Shown: positions 51,101 through 63,520 of the stretch, piece after piece
Numbering within the stretch: position 1 is the first letter of the stretch
Layout of the letters: every line of letters starts with the position of its first letter
Source: Felis catus
Taxonomy: Eukaryota
DNA: 64,000 nucleotides
NCBI RefSeq assembly: GCF_018350175.1
Contig: NC_058383.1
Coordinates: 3,472,001-3,536,000 of the forward strand
Direction of reading: 5' to 3'
The notes under the pieces: model-generated
Databases searched by the model: none
The model's input: only the letters and a program-made list of their open reading frames with translations
What the model was told of the DNA's origin: nothing
Made by a program: the position numbers and the translations under genes

Positions 51101-51829
51101 CTTAGCCAGCTCTGTGCCCATCCCCTGACCGGTGTGGCCAGCGGTGCCCACCACCGCCCGTGGAACGTGACATCCGGAGAGTCCTGGTCCTCGTGTCACC
51201 TGCCGACCTGCGGCCGGGCCAGGGCGGCTCCCGGTGGGTTGTCGCGCTCCCCCCGGACCTCGCGGCCGCTCTGACCCCGGGCCCTGCTGCCAGGGACTTG
51301 AGGCACCGCCCTGACCTCGTTCCCGACGCAGGCACGTCGGGGCTTTTGCACACAACCCGTTTTTCTGGCTGCTTTCCGAAACAACCCTTCCTCTCTGGAG
51401 GAGCTGTGGCCCTGGAAGTCTCTGCCTCTCCACTCTGCTGGCATCACCTCCCCCCTGCCCGGGCACGGGGGTCAGCCTCTCGCTGTCCAGAACACCTTGC
51501 GGTTTCCCCGGTCCCTCACAGTCACCTTGCAGGTGACCGGATTGTCACAGTCACCTTGCCGGTAGCCTGTAGAGTGACCAGAGTGTTTTCCATTCGTCTC
51601 CGTTTTCTTCCAGTCCCCAGAATTATACCATTTTAGAGCAGGGAGCTAGGAGAAACAGCAGGGCCTCCCGGGCAGAATGTGGCTCTAACGCTGAAGGCCC
51701 AGCTCCGTCCTCTGCTCCTGTGCCCCCTCCTTGCCCCCGGGGGTAACACTGACCGCTGTGATGTGACACGTGTCCTGTGCCTGAAATACACTGGCTCTAG
51801 TAAGTGGGGGCTGATTGTTCTCTTTATTC

Positions 51830-52540
51830 GTAGCGTAGGGGCGAAGACTTCTCCCTTCTTCCCTTCTGGGCTCTACATCCAAGAATTAAATTGACATAAG
51901 GAAGATGAACAGGAGGGGCCCCTGGGAGGCTCCGTCAGTTGAGCATCTGACTTCGACTCAGGTCATGATCTCACAGTCTGTGAGTTCAAGCCCCACGTCG
52001 GGCTCTGTGCGGACAGCTTAGAGCCTGGAGCCTGCCTCGGATTCTATGTCTCCCTCTCTCTCTCTGCCCCACCCCTGCTTGTGCTCTGTCTCTGTCTGTC
52101 TCAAAATTATCAAATAAAACATTAAAAAATTCTTTAAAAAGACAGATGAAACAGAGAAAAATTTAATTTTATATGTGTATGAGCCCCAAAGATCAGAGGC
52201 TCAAATGTGACCGTAGCAGCAGTTTTTAATGCCTTTGAGACAAAGAAACAATAAATTTGTGAAGAACTGACAAGACCACAGGGTTTGGGCTTGGGCTAGT
52301 AAATTAGTGGAGAAGTAACGAGATTTATTCATGCGGCCATCTAGGCCCTAGACTGCCCGCGTCCGGGATAAGGGGGCCTCTCTTCCTCCTGCTGTGGGGA
52401 AGGCCCCTTCCCCGTGGGAGACTTCTTTCCTGCTCTCAGGGGGAGAGAGGAGGGTCACGGTGTCCTTCCCGCACTGGCTATTCCTGGGTAACTTTAACCC
52501 AAAGTAATCAGTATGCGGAAACGGCATCTTGGGAGTGACC
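51830..52540. mobile_element. Probable ERV1-class repeat fragment interrupted by the SINE at 51915
   Basis: aaattgacataag...gacaaagaaacaataaatttgtgaagaactgaca...taactttaacccaaagtaatcagtatgc resembles MER4-group elements; exact family uncertain. Confidence 0.4.
51915..52140 (+). mobile_element. Can-SINE
   Basis: ggggcccctgggaggctccgtcagttgagcatc head, CT tract, A-rich tail; degenerate TSD agatgaa(a)cag. Confidence 0.9.
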
Positions 52541-55500
52541 TGTGCTGCTCTGCATAGCGGCTGAAAATGAGGAGCCGGGAGTCGTGTTGGTGTTGAAGCC
52601 TGGCTCAGGACCTCCGGACAGCCGAGGTGTCACGTGCAGAGTGAAGGCCGCTGCTGCGGCTGAGGGCAGCCTTGGGCTCCGGGCTGCCTGGGGAGTCTCC
52701 CAAGACGTGTGCGTCCGTGGCCACTTGTCTGCCCGCTCTGCATACGGACGCTGGGAGAGCGTGTATGGGAGGGGGCCGTGTCCACTCCTTACTCTCTCAG
52801 GTGCAGGCCTGTGTTCTCACGCCGTCAAGACAAAAGCTGTCCAGCTCATCCTACACAGAAATCCAGTGTGTACCTGGGCAGGGCCCAAGCCTGCTTTTAA
52901 TGCAGAGTCAGTTTCTGTTCCTTCGAGGAGGGCTGGTGACTCCTCATCACCAGCAGGGATATCGGAGGTGTTGAAAACATCATGTTTGATCGTGTTCTTA
53001 TGCGTAATGTCTGTGGCTGCCAGAGTGGCCTCTGTGCTTCACTGTCGAGCTCGGTTTGTCTTCGGAAGATACCCTTCTTCCCTTAGTTTCTCTCTCTAGT
53101 TTAGGAATACGCGTACGTTAATGACATCGGTCAGGTGCTTTTTGTGCTGGGCGCACACTCTCCTCCGGTGGTCAGGTGGAAAGAAGGGGTCGTCACCAAG
53201 GCCCCTGGCTGACCCCGGTCTCATGCGAGGTTCACATCAGCCTCCGTACACGAAGCGTGTCCCCGCGCGGGCAGCACTGCCTTGGAACGGCGCCTGGTTT
53301 CCTCCCGAGCTTTGATCTACCCTGCGTGCCGCTTTAAATTTGCTGTTCACCCGTAGTTCCGCTGCAAATCCCGACAAGATAAAAATGAGAACGCGACTCA
53401 TAAGAGCCAGAGGGGGACACACCGAGGTTAGAGGTGCGGTAAGAGCCTTGATTTACATAACTTTCACAGCAGTGGGTGAGGGTCAAGACCAGAAGAGAAA
53501 CAAAAGCGGTACCGTGACTAAAAGACGCCGCGTGGCCCACAGGCCAGAGGGGAAGGTGTGCTGACCTCACCACCGTCCACGGGGTCCGTGAGTCTAGGAA
53601 GAACCAGGGACTGACCTTGTGGAAATCGTGACCGTCAGGCATGCATATTAGAAGAACCACAAACAGACGAGAAAACCTTGGAAGGACCAGACCTCTGACA
53701 GAGCACATGCCAACCACAGAGGTGCCACCGAGGACGGGCGGGTGCGAGCCCGGATGCGCCCTGCACTACCGCGTGCGCTCTCGTTAGCAAGGCAGGGCTC
53801 GTGTCTCCGTGCTCTCAGATTCTCACCGGAAAGACACACGAGGAGCCGGCAGAGGGGACCTGCCAGCTGGGGCCTGGGTGGGAGGTGACTGTCTTGAAAG
53901 TGCTTCCTTGCACTCCTGTGTTATTCGTGAGCCGTGTTGAGTATAATACAACCCGAAGAGTAATGACAAAATGTTTCAATATAACATTTTAATGCCTTCG
54001 TTTAAAAAAAAAAAAAAAAAGGCAGCTTAACGCTCGGAGTTTTCCTAGATGAATGTTAATTCCAAGACAAGAGGACGAGTTCCAGCCACAAGGCAGCAAG
54101 CCAGAGACGCAGGCCCTAGACGCACAGTCCCGGCCCAGGAAGCAGGGGCCGTTGGATAACGGAGGGGCCACGCTCGGTGCCCACTCTGTGCCCGGCTTAG
54201 TATGCAGCACGCACCAAACGGCAACCTGGACAGCACCCGCCCACCCCCGCCCCGCCCCACGTCGCCCAACAGACTGAGATCCAGAGGGGGCACCATACTG
54301 GTTCGCAGTCACACAGCACAGACTTCCCAGGGCCTGGACCACAGCCCAGGCAGGTGCGCTCCCAGAGCACGTGCTCATCACGCCGCAGCGCGCTGTTTTC
54401 CCTTGGAGACATGCTCATGTATTGCCGGCGCTCGGGATGCGCGGTCTCGAGTAGCCAGGATTTGGCAAGGGGACGCTCTCCCTTTGCTGGAAGGTTGGGG
54501 TGGAGATTTTCTATTCACAGGAACAGTATACGACTCAGTGGAAAGCGTGGGCTGAGCCAGACAGACTCAGGGCTCCAGTCCCACCCCCTCTGGTCACTTG
54601 CTGTGTGACCTCAGGCAGACCACTTACCCCGTCTGAGCTGTACTGCTTCGTGACCCAGCGAGCGTACGAAGGCTACCTGTTGTGGCCGTCGCGAGGGCTC
54701 AGAGGGGCAAGGCTGCCAGGAAGTCAGCAGGAGAGCCCCATGAGGGGGCTGCAGTGACCACGGTGCCCTCACCCTCAGGATACTAGGTGCCTAGGAGACT
54801 CAAAAGGACGGGGACCAGGCTCCCACGGCACCCGAACCCCAGGCTCCCCACCTACACCGTGTGAGGGAGAGAAAGGGGGGGCAGGGCACGGACAAGGGGG
54901 GCTTGGCCCCTCTGGGTTGTCAGTCACTGAATGGGAAAGGACAGGCGTCTAGCAGAACACCCTGGCCAGAGCCCGGAGGCCACCGGGGCAGCTGGGGACA
55001 GCTGGTCGTCACAGCGAGGAGAAGGCGCCATCGGAGGCAGAGCCGCAGCCGTGACAGCCAGTCAGGGGCCCGAGCTCCAGGCCCTGCAGATACCAGGCCC
55101 GTGAATGGCAGGGGGAAGAGGGCAGGGGGGGTGCTATCCCCCAATGTGTGTGCTGATGATTGTGGCCAGCCGTGGTCAGGGGCCTCATGCTAGGGGCACT
55201 CTCTGGCTGATCACACAGAGTTGTCCCCCCCTCACGTGTGGCCTCCCGAGACTGGCTCCTTGTGTGGTTTCACAGAAGACCGAGTGCAGGAACCGGGAAG
55301 ATGCCGGTGAGCTCGGTCTCCAGTGGAGCCAAAGAAGGCGCCAGAAGGAAGACAAAGGCGGAAGGGTGTCTCTCGCGGAGAGGCAGGCAGTCTTGTGCGA
55401 GTACCGCAGCCTTGTCGCTGGCGGCCGCGCCACCCCCGGGAGGCCAGGGAGGGCAGGGCTGGCGGGCACAGGGTTGGGCTCTGCTGGCTGCCCTCCCCCC

Positions 55501-56168
55501 CCCACTGCCAGGAGGGCTTTGCCCTGTGGATGCCACCACGCCCCGCCCGCCAGTTCTGGTTTTCGCCAGTGCAAACGGACGCACAGCCGTCGGTGCCCGA
55601 GAGAAGGCGGGGCGCGCCGGGTCCCCGGCCGGGTCCGACAGGTGGCCTCTTCGGACGTGTGGAGGCAGTCCCGGCGCAGCCTGGTTGGGAGGTGTGATCA
55701 TTAATACCATCAGATCGACCACAATCCCTTGATAACCGGGAACTTTAGGAGACGTTCAGAGCCGCTGAAGCTCGCTGCCCCCCGGCCAGGAGAGTTCTGT
55801 GTGGTGGAGCCCCTAGACCAGGGGTGGGGTGCTGGCACTTCCTGGGGCGGGAGGCACAGAGGAGGGGCGGGCGGCAGGGAGGGTGACGAGTCACTGATGT
55901 GAGAAGGGCGCCTTTGAAAGAACTTTCTAGGAGGCACGGCCCTTGGCCCTGCGAGGGGAGTGGCGGAGGGCAGAAGGGGGAAGAGAGTCATGGGGCCCAG
56001 CGCTCAGAGGCTCCATGTGTCACCACATCTACCTGTCAGATGCTGGCCGAGGAGGAAGAAAGCGGGAGAGACGAAGCAGGGTGGTGGCGGGGGGTGGTGG
56101 GGTGGCGGGAAAGCGGGGTCCCCGCGAGCCTGCGTGACTGACGGGTGGCCCTCCTGCCCCACCCGCAG

Positions 56169-56363
56169 GCTACCAGATCGCCTACCGCCTGGCCAGCAGC
56201 AGCCCCAACACGTTCACCACGGTGGAGGTGGGCGCCACGGTGAGGCAGTTCACGGCCACGGAGCTGGCCCCAGAGTCGGCCTACATCTTTCGGCTGTCAG
56301 CCAAGACGAGGCAGGGCTGGGGGGAGCCGCTGGAGGCCACCGTCATCACCACTGAGAAGAGAG
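56169..56363 (+). CDS. SDK1: SDK1 internal exon (195 nt, phase 1-1): (G)YQIAYRLASSSPNTFTTVEVGATVRQFTATELAPESAYIFRLSAKTRQGWGEPLEATVITTEKR
   Basis: Acceptor cctgccccacccgcag|GC, donor AGAG|gtaaga; translated by hand because this frame is not in the ORF track. Confidence 0.95.
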
Positions 56364-57645
56364 GTAAGACCTGAGACCCGAATCTGCTGTCCTGGTGCCA
56401 CAGCGGGGAGAGACGGCCCCGCGTGGGAGCCAGGGACTTGCTGGGTCCACGGCTTCCTGGGTCAGGCCCTGGGTGGCTCCAGGACCCATGCATTTATCAA
56501 GCACCCTCTGAGCTGCACCTGTAGCCGGACACATTACCATGGGGTGCCTACACGGCCTGACATTTACCAGAGAGGCACGAATGTCCCAGCTTTAACGAGA
56601 GAGACGCGGCTCAGAGAGGTTGTGTCACTGGCCCAGGGCTGCACTGAGTCCCCCCTGTTTAAGGGCAGCTCCCTGAAGGCAGGCGCTTGGTCTCTGATGT
56701 TCAAAACCACGTGCCCAGTCGAGCAGGTGCTCGGTAAGCACGTTTCCTGTCCAGCACTCCTAGGGAGATCTGTCTGGACGGGCGCCTCCTCCGTTCCAAG
56801 CACCGTCTTGGTTTGTCCTCACCAAGCCTGGGGGCAAGAGCGCTGCAAGCCCCGATTCTGTGGAAGAGGAAGTTGGGCCCAGACGGATCCAGTGGTTTGC
56901 GTGGACACAGAAATCCACTGCGGGCTCCCATCTCACCGAGGCCCTGCCCTCGAGCCTCGCTCTGGAATCTGCCTCAGCAGCCTCCTCCCCAGGGGCCACC
57001 GCTCCGGGCCTCTGACCCTGGCAGCTCTGGCTGCAGGCTCGAAGGCTGAACCCTCCCCCCGTCTGTGAGTCCCGTGACCCCAAACCCTGAGCCTCAGTTC
57101 CCCAAAGATGACGACGCCCACCCCAGAGCAGCTGCAGCCTCCCCGAGATGCTCGCCCCCTCCTCCCACGAGCATCTCTGCTATTAACTGGAGGACAGAAA
57201 TCCCAGGGTCACAGAGCGCCCTCCAGAGCGTGAAGCAGGTGGAGGAGACGGCCACGCACACGCGGGCCCCGCCCTCAGCCCAAAACGCGGTCCATCCGAT
57301 GGCCCCCAGCACGGGGCCCTGGGACAGAGGACGGGCCCCGGGAGAACCCCTCCTACAGCTGCGGCCAAGGTCCACAGGCTCATCCCGTCCGGGACGCGGT
57401 CCGGCCAGCGCTCTCAGTGCCAGGGAAGCAGCCCGGGCCCTGAGGGCCACTCCCAAAGCCTCTCGCCTTCCTCAGAATCCGTGCAGCCCTGTAGGGAAAT
57501 CCAGCACTTTCTAAGTCACGGGGAAAGACACAGGTTTGCTAAAGGTCTGATGTGACTTAAATCCAAGTGGAGGCATTAACACGGGTGCCCTTCACGAGGC
57601 ACCCTGGTCTGGTTCACAGCGGAATTGCTGGGGTGGGAGACGTGT

Positions 57646-58070
57646 GCCCACACCACAGCCGCGCCCCAACCCCCGCACCACGTGCCTGGGGCCCACACCC
57701 CAGCTTGCACCCCGACCCCCCGCACCACCTGCCTCACCCGCACCCCAGCCCGTGCCCTGCCCCCCTGCCCGCACCACCTGCCTCACCTACACCCCAGCCC
57801 GTGCCCTGCCCCCCCCGCACCACCTGCCTGGGGCCCACACCCCAGCTCACACCCTGACACCCCACACCACCTGTCTCACCCGCACCCCAGCCCATGCCCC
57901 GACCCCCCCCCACCACCTGCCTGGGGTCCACACCCCAGCCCATGCCCTGACCCCCAGCACCATCTGCCTCACCCACACCTCAGCCCGCACCCCAACCCCC
58001 CCTCACCACCTGCCTGGGGTCCACACCCCAGCTCCTACCCCAACCCCCGCACCACCTGCCTGGGGTCCAC
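57646..58070. repeat. C-rich minisatellite, ~9 copies of a ~45-49-bp unit
   Basis: Consensus approximately cccacaccccagcccgtgccctgaccccccgcaccacctgcct(ca|gggg). Confidence 0.93.
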
Positions 58071-58837
58071 GGAGCTCAGCGGATTTCCTCCAGGGCCCAC
58101 AGGCCCTCCGTGCTCTAGGCTCAGAGAGAGGGGGCCCAGCAAAGCTTTGCCCAGGGGAGCTGTGCTCAAGGGGCAAGGGGGTATGAGGAAGCGGGCAGCC
58201 CCAGCTCCAGCCCTGCGAGAGGACTGCTGACCGGGTAAGACGGAAGTGCTCCTCCAGACCGTCGCTGCAGGGCCCGCAGTCAGTCGCTGCTTTATTACCC
58301 ACCACACACTCTCCTCCGAATCAATAATCTTCATGATAAACCATTAAACAATTATTCCTCCCTGTGTGGAGTCGCCCTGTTGGAATCGATGGGCAAGGAG
58401 GCGCGGGACGGTAACGATCCACACTCCGAAGCGGGGTCCTGGCCCCGTGCACCCTGCGTTCCCTGTCGCCGCTGCGCAGGGCGGCAATGACCGGTCCCGG
58501 GGAGGCTGAGCTGGACGCCGCCGTGTGTCAGGCTCGGGTCGGCCTCTGCACGACAGACGCGCTGAGCCCGAGATCAGAGGGGCCTGGAGGTGCTCGCAAG
58601 AGCCCAGGTGTCATTCGGAGGTGGTCGTGTGGGGGGCACGTGTGGGCTCACCTCTCTCTGTCTCTGCGCTGACTGTGCCGCGTTCCGGGAGCAAGCGGGG
58701 GTCTCCAGCCACGTGCGGGAATCATCTCCACGTTGTCTGATCCCGTGGGGAGCCGAGTCCCCAGGCTTGTGCTCCCGCGGAGCCTTCCCGGAGAAGCGCC
58801 CTCTCACCGCCCCTGCTCTGTTCTCTTTGGGTTGCAG

Positions 58838-59039
58838 AGCGGCCGGCGCCCCCCAGAGAGCTCCTGGTGCCCCAGGCAGAAGTGACGGCTCGCAGCCTCC
58901 GGCTCCAGTGGGTCCCGGGCAGCGACGGGGCCTCCCCCATCCGCTATTTCACCGTGCAGGTGCGAGAGCTGCCGGGGGGAGAGTGGCACACGTACTCCTC
59001 GTCCATCAGCCACGAGGCCACGGCCTGTGCTGTCGAAAG
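58838..59039 (+). CDS. SDK1: SDK1 internal exon (202 nt, phase 1-2): (E)RPAPPRELLVPQAEVTARSLRLQWVPGSDGASPIRYFTVQVRELPGGEWHTYSSSISHEATACAVE(R)
   Basis: Acceptor ttctctttgggttgcag|AG, donor GAAAG|gtaccc; overlaps ORF 58867..59283; the next exon was not found in the window. Confidence 0.94.
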
Positions 59040-59582
59040 GTACCCAGAGCCGGGAGGGCCCTCCCCGGGGAACGGGCGCCTGCTCTCGTCTCTGCTCCTA
59101 GCGCACGCTCCCTCCGCCAGGGACCAGGATTCCGCGTCCTGGAGCCCACTCGGGCCTCCCCGGGTCTGGCCTTCTACGCACGCCCTGCGCAGGTGGTTTG
59201 CAAGCCCAGGCCCCGGGGACGGAAGAGGCACAGATGACGGGGACGTGAGCCCGGAAGCGTGGGCCCCGCGCCTTACCCCCTAAGACTCAGGTGTGGAGGA
59301 GGGGAGGCGCGGGGAAGGGGTGTTGCGGGCTGAAAGAGTCGCACCTTCTCTTTGTGCTCCCTCTCGCAGTCAGCAAGGCAGGCGGCTCCCACCCCGGTCA
59401 ACCGTTCGCGATGGCTGATCAGGGGCGTGGGAGGAGCGTCCCCACTGCACGATGAGAACCCCGCATGTATCCAGTTATCAGTGAGCCACCAGGCAAGGGG
59501 GGAAGGGAGCAGCACTGACCACCACAGCTCAGCTCTTGGCTCCCATGGCCTCGTTTAGGACCCTTCTCCCATTCCCACCCCT

Positions 59583-59690
59583 CTCTACAGTGTGAGGGAT
59601 GAGGGCTCCCCCCTCTACAGTGGGGTCAAGGACACCCGTCTCTATGGTGAGGGACGAGGGCTCCCCCCTATGGCAGGGGAGGAAGGCTCC
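59583..59690. repeat. Degenerate ~28-bp tandem repeat, ~4 copies
   Basis: ctctacagtgtgagggatgagggctccccc / ctctacagtgggg... / ctctatggtgagggacgagggctccccc / ctatggcagggg... Confidence 0.6.
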
Positions 59691-59887
59691 GTAGCCGTCT
59701 AGGTGAGGGTTCTCAAAAGTGACCTCAGGCCCCACGTCCCCACGGTGGGCCCGGGCTGCACTGCTCACACCGCCCTGCAGAAGCCCCGGGATATCGGGGG
59801 GCAGGCCTGTCCAGGGAGCTGGCCCGACATCTTCCTTGTGCTCCTTCTGTGGCGCTGGCCACGGTCACTTTCCATGAAGCGCACATC

Positions 59888-59905
59888 TGGCCACGAGGGG
59901 GCCGC
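59888..59905 (+). promoter_or_regulatory. Candidate CTCF site
   Basis: TGGCCACGAGGGGGCCGC is close to the CTCF consensus. Confidence 0.4.
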
Positions 59906-62900
59906 TGAGGAACACGTCCCACGGGCTCCCAGGGTTCCAGGAGCCCGGCCAGCCCCTTTCGGGAGGGCAGAGGAGGGCCAGATGCTATTTCCCAGGCTGG
60001 CCGTCATTCAGACCCAACACCGCGTCCTCGGCGCCCCCGCACCCCGGCTCTGGGCACCGTCCCGGGAGATTTCGCACGTTTCTCATCAGACCCGCACGGT
60101 GGACCGGTGGGGGGAGACCGCCGTCCCCATTCTATGCGTGAGAGCCGGGGTCTGAAGAGTCGTTCTTGCCTGCGGCCCCAGCATCTGCCATGGCGTCCTG
60201 ACCCGCCCCCTCTGCCAGGCCGCGGGGCTCAGCTCCCGCCCTTGGCCGAACCCGAGCGGAGGGAAAGCAGCCAGGGTGGGGGCTCCTGCGGCAGTCTCGA
60301 CCCTCACCCCCCCCACCCCGGAGGGACAGTGCAGGCTGCGGGGCGCCGTGGGGGCTGGAGCGTGGCTCCGTCACCGCCTCCAGCAGGTGGCAACAGCAAG
60401 GCCTGGAGACAAGGGTTTGGGGAGCGAGCACATGACCGAGGTGGCGTGTGATGCGCACGGGGGCGTGGTCAGCACCGGGGCGTCGCAGGAAAGCAGAGAC
60501 TGAGGCCTCAGCTGTCCAGGTGCAGGTGCCACGCGGGCGGTCTTGGGCAGCTCCTCAGTGCTCCCCTTCCGCGCTGTGGTGCGGCTGCGAGTGGCACGCG
60601 GGTCCCGGCAGCGCTGGGCCCGGACAGTGGTGGGGAGCGTGTGTCCTCCCCGCACGTCCATGAGCTGCCCCGAGCAGGTGGCACGGGTCTCCCAGCATCT
60701 CTGTCGTAGCCCCCAGATGTAATGTCCCCTTTGCAGACGGCCTTCAGGGCGGGTTGTAGTCTGAGAAGGAGGGTGGCTTGTCAGCTTACAGCTCCAGCTG
60801 CCGGTGACCCAAATGATATTCGTGGCCCAGTGACACCCCCCCCCCCCCCCCCGTCACATGATGCAGGCAGCACCAGATCAGTCCGGAAGGGAGGATGAAC
60901 AGCCCCCAGCACCAGGGGTGTGTCCAGCGGGGCCCGAGGCGCGGCCTGGCCCCCCACGGAAGGGTCGGCGGTGGCTCAGACGTGCGCGTTGGCAAGCTGA
61001 CGTCTAGAAAACTAGATACGGTTACAGCTGTGATTACACTTTTCATCGTAGGAAGAGCAGGCGGGAGTGGCATCCGTGTGGTGCTCACCTCTGGGACCTC
61101 GTCTGGAGGCTTCAGACCACCAGGGCTCCCGCGGGGTCTTCCTCGCTGCGGTCACTATCAAAGCCGCTGTCGTTGGCACTGTCGTCCCCACGCCAGACGG
61201 CATTCTGTCCTCCTCGGGGCTCCGCACGGTGTCCGTCGCAGGCCCGCAGGCGTCCAGACCACGCTTGGCAGATGACGAAGCAGAGGCGGAGACACAAGCC
61301 GCGCTTCTCCGCACGAGAGAGGGAGGCCCTCGGGCCCTTCAGCTCTGGTGCCAGCTGGGTCTGTAGCTCCAAGCTCACGGCCGCAGACTGTCCCGCTAAT
61401 GCACGAGGGCCTGCGGTTGGTGTCTTGTCACCCAGACGCCGAGCCCGCGAAGTCCGCCGAGCCCAGCAGCGCCGGGGCCTTGGGAAGGTCCGCCGCACAG
61501 GCTCGCTGGGCCTCGTTGCCTCATGTGTGAAAGACAGAGACGGAGGGGTGATCTCGCTGTTCCTTTCAGCTCTGCGACCCCAAGATTTGCCTCCATTAGT
61601 CCCCAGCAGTCCCACTCCGTCCCCCACTTCTGCCAACACCCCACTTACCCTTGGAGCGACAGCCCCAGAACCCGAGAGGCGCGGCTCTCAGCCCCTCGGA
61701 GGACAGCATCCTAGCTGCCGCCCTCCCAGGGCCCTGAGTCCCCCCGAGGGTCGGGAGGGCGCGGCCGAGCCAGCCCAGCTTGCTTCGTAAACTCCACTGT
61801 GCTGCGCTGGTGCTCGGCTTAATTAGAATGTGCTTGCGGATAAAAACGACCCCACCTCCATGTGTGACCATCCCGGAGAAAGGGGGAAGGTAAAATCCAC
61901 CGGCCTTTCCTGTCAGGGAATCTCCTGAAATCAAACAGACCAGTGGTGTGCACGGGACTTCGTGTTGGAGAGGAGGGGGCCCGTGTTTCCGGACAGTTGG
62001 ACTTGCCGTGGGAGAAGCGGTCATCAGCCCCCAAAAGGGCCCCCTCCGCCCGTCAGCAGAAGCAAGCCACCGGCCCCTTCCTGAGAGAGCAGCGCCCTGC
62101 GCGGCCCCGTGGCACGTGTTCTCGTAGCTACGTTTTCCTTCCTTTTTTTACATTCTTTTGACATGTTACTTGTGCCGATCGCATGAAATCCGCTAATGAC
62201 CGGAAGACCTGAAAGTCTCAACAAAAGTTCTGAGCAAAAAGCTTAACCATCTGCATCGAGGGGCCGTCCCCACATGTAGAGGACGTGGCTCTGGAGCAGG
62301 AGGGGTGGCGCTGGGCTGAGGGACACACCGAGGCAGCGTCGGTCCCTGGTGGGTGACTGCCGCCCACAGAAATGCAGTTCCGTCCAGGAGGAGAAGGTCC
62401 GCGATCCCAGAGCCACACGGACATTCTGGACGTCACTAGGGTGGGATGGTGGCAACGTGAGCTCAAGCGATGGCTGCGTATCCAGTGATAATGAGTCCTG
62501 CCATCCCTCTGCACATCCCCACGGGGACACCGTGGACCCAGCCCAAACTACCGCGACCAGAGGGGATTAGGGTGTGAAGCACCAGGGATTCCGCTAAAGT
62601 CAGTGCGCTGGCCTCATGTCCACTGCGTTCTTGGTCTGCTCGTCCTCATCGTCCTCCTCCTCCTCTTTGCCCTCCTCTTCCTCCTCCTCCTCCTTCTGTG
62701 TGATCTTTAAAACTAAAGCCATGTGAGAAGTCAGGTAAATTTGGCCAAGGATATTATCCAGGGGTTCGATATTCCTTGCTCTCTGTGATGCAAATCCTGA
62801 GTTCTTAATAGGTGTTTTCAGTACCTTACAGGTAGTATTAAGTACAGAGAGGCAGTGGTAGGTGACGTCTAAACTTCTCAGGACTCGTGCTTCATTATTA

Positions 62901-63149
62901 CAACCGAAATGGATGAATGAATCTCGGGAGCTCCTTCTGTGTGTGAGACGCTGCCTCTAGGTCAGTGGGAGGAACCCGGACTGTAAGCCGCATCCCCCCA
63001 CCCCCACCCAAGCACTTAAATATAACACGCCGAGTGAACATAAGCTCTGCATACGGTGACAAGGGGCATTTCCCAAGCATCTCCTGCGTGCCGGACGCCG
63101 TGCTGATGGTTACACGCGTTCAACCCTCCCAGGGTGCTTTGGAGATAAC

Positions 63150-63520
63150 TATTTCATTCTCATCCATTCATTCATCCACTCATAGACGTTCACCGAACGC
63201 CTCCTAGGTGCCAGGCCTTGTTCTTGGTGTTGGGGGCACAGCAGTAAACGAGGTCAACTCGGTCCTTGTCCGCACGGAGTCCTGAAGGTGGAGGAGGCAG
63301 ACGGTGGTCAAGGAAGAAACGGCTAATGACAGATCACGGCGGGGGAGATGAGGAGACAGATGGGCATCGAGCACGGTGGGACGGGCTCTTCCTGGGGCCA
63401 CGTATGCTGGTACCAGAGGGCGGTGATGATAAGGAGAACAGCCTGTATTGGGTGAGCACGCACCGGGTGCCAGAGTCTCTTCCACGTGCCTCTTCTGAGT
63501 GTGATCCACACGCCCACCTC
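63150..63520 (-). mobile_element. L2 3' end fragment; similar pieces at ~19120-19500 and 42800-42980
   Basis: cattcattcatccactcat...gcctcctaggtgccaggc...tgggggcacagcagtaaac. Confidence 0.6.

Noticed and set aside
50600..51700. Several 150-208-aa ORFs here and at 55105-55732 and 61112-61790
   Set aside because: No splice-consistent structure or recognisable homology; overlapping ORFs on both strands are typical of high-GC non-coding DNA.
57567..58230. Pro/His-rich ORFs and a CRISPR-like periodic array
   Set aside because: This is a tandem minisatellite with no unique spacers and no cas genes, in eukaryotic intronic DNA.
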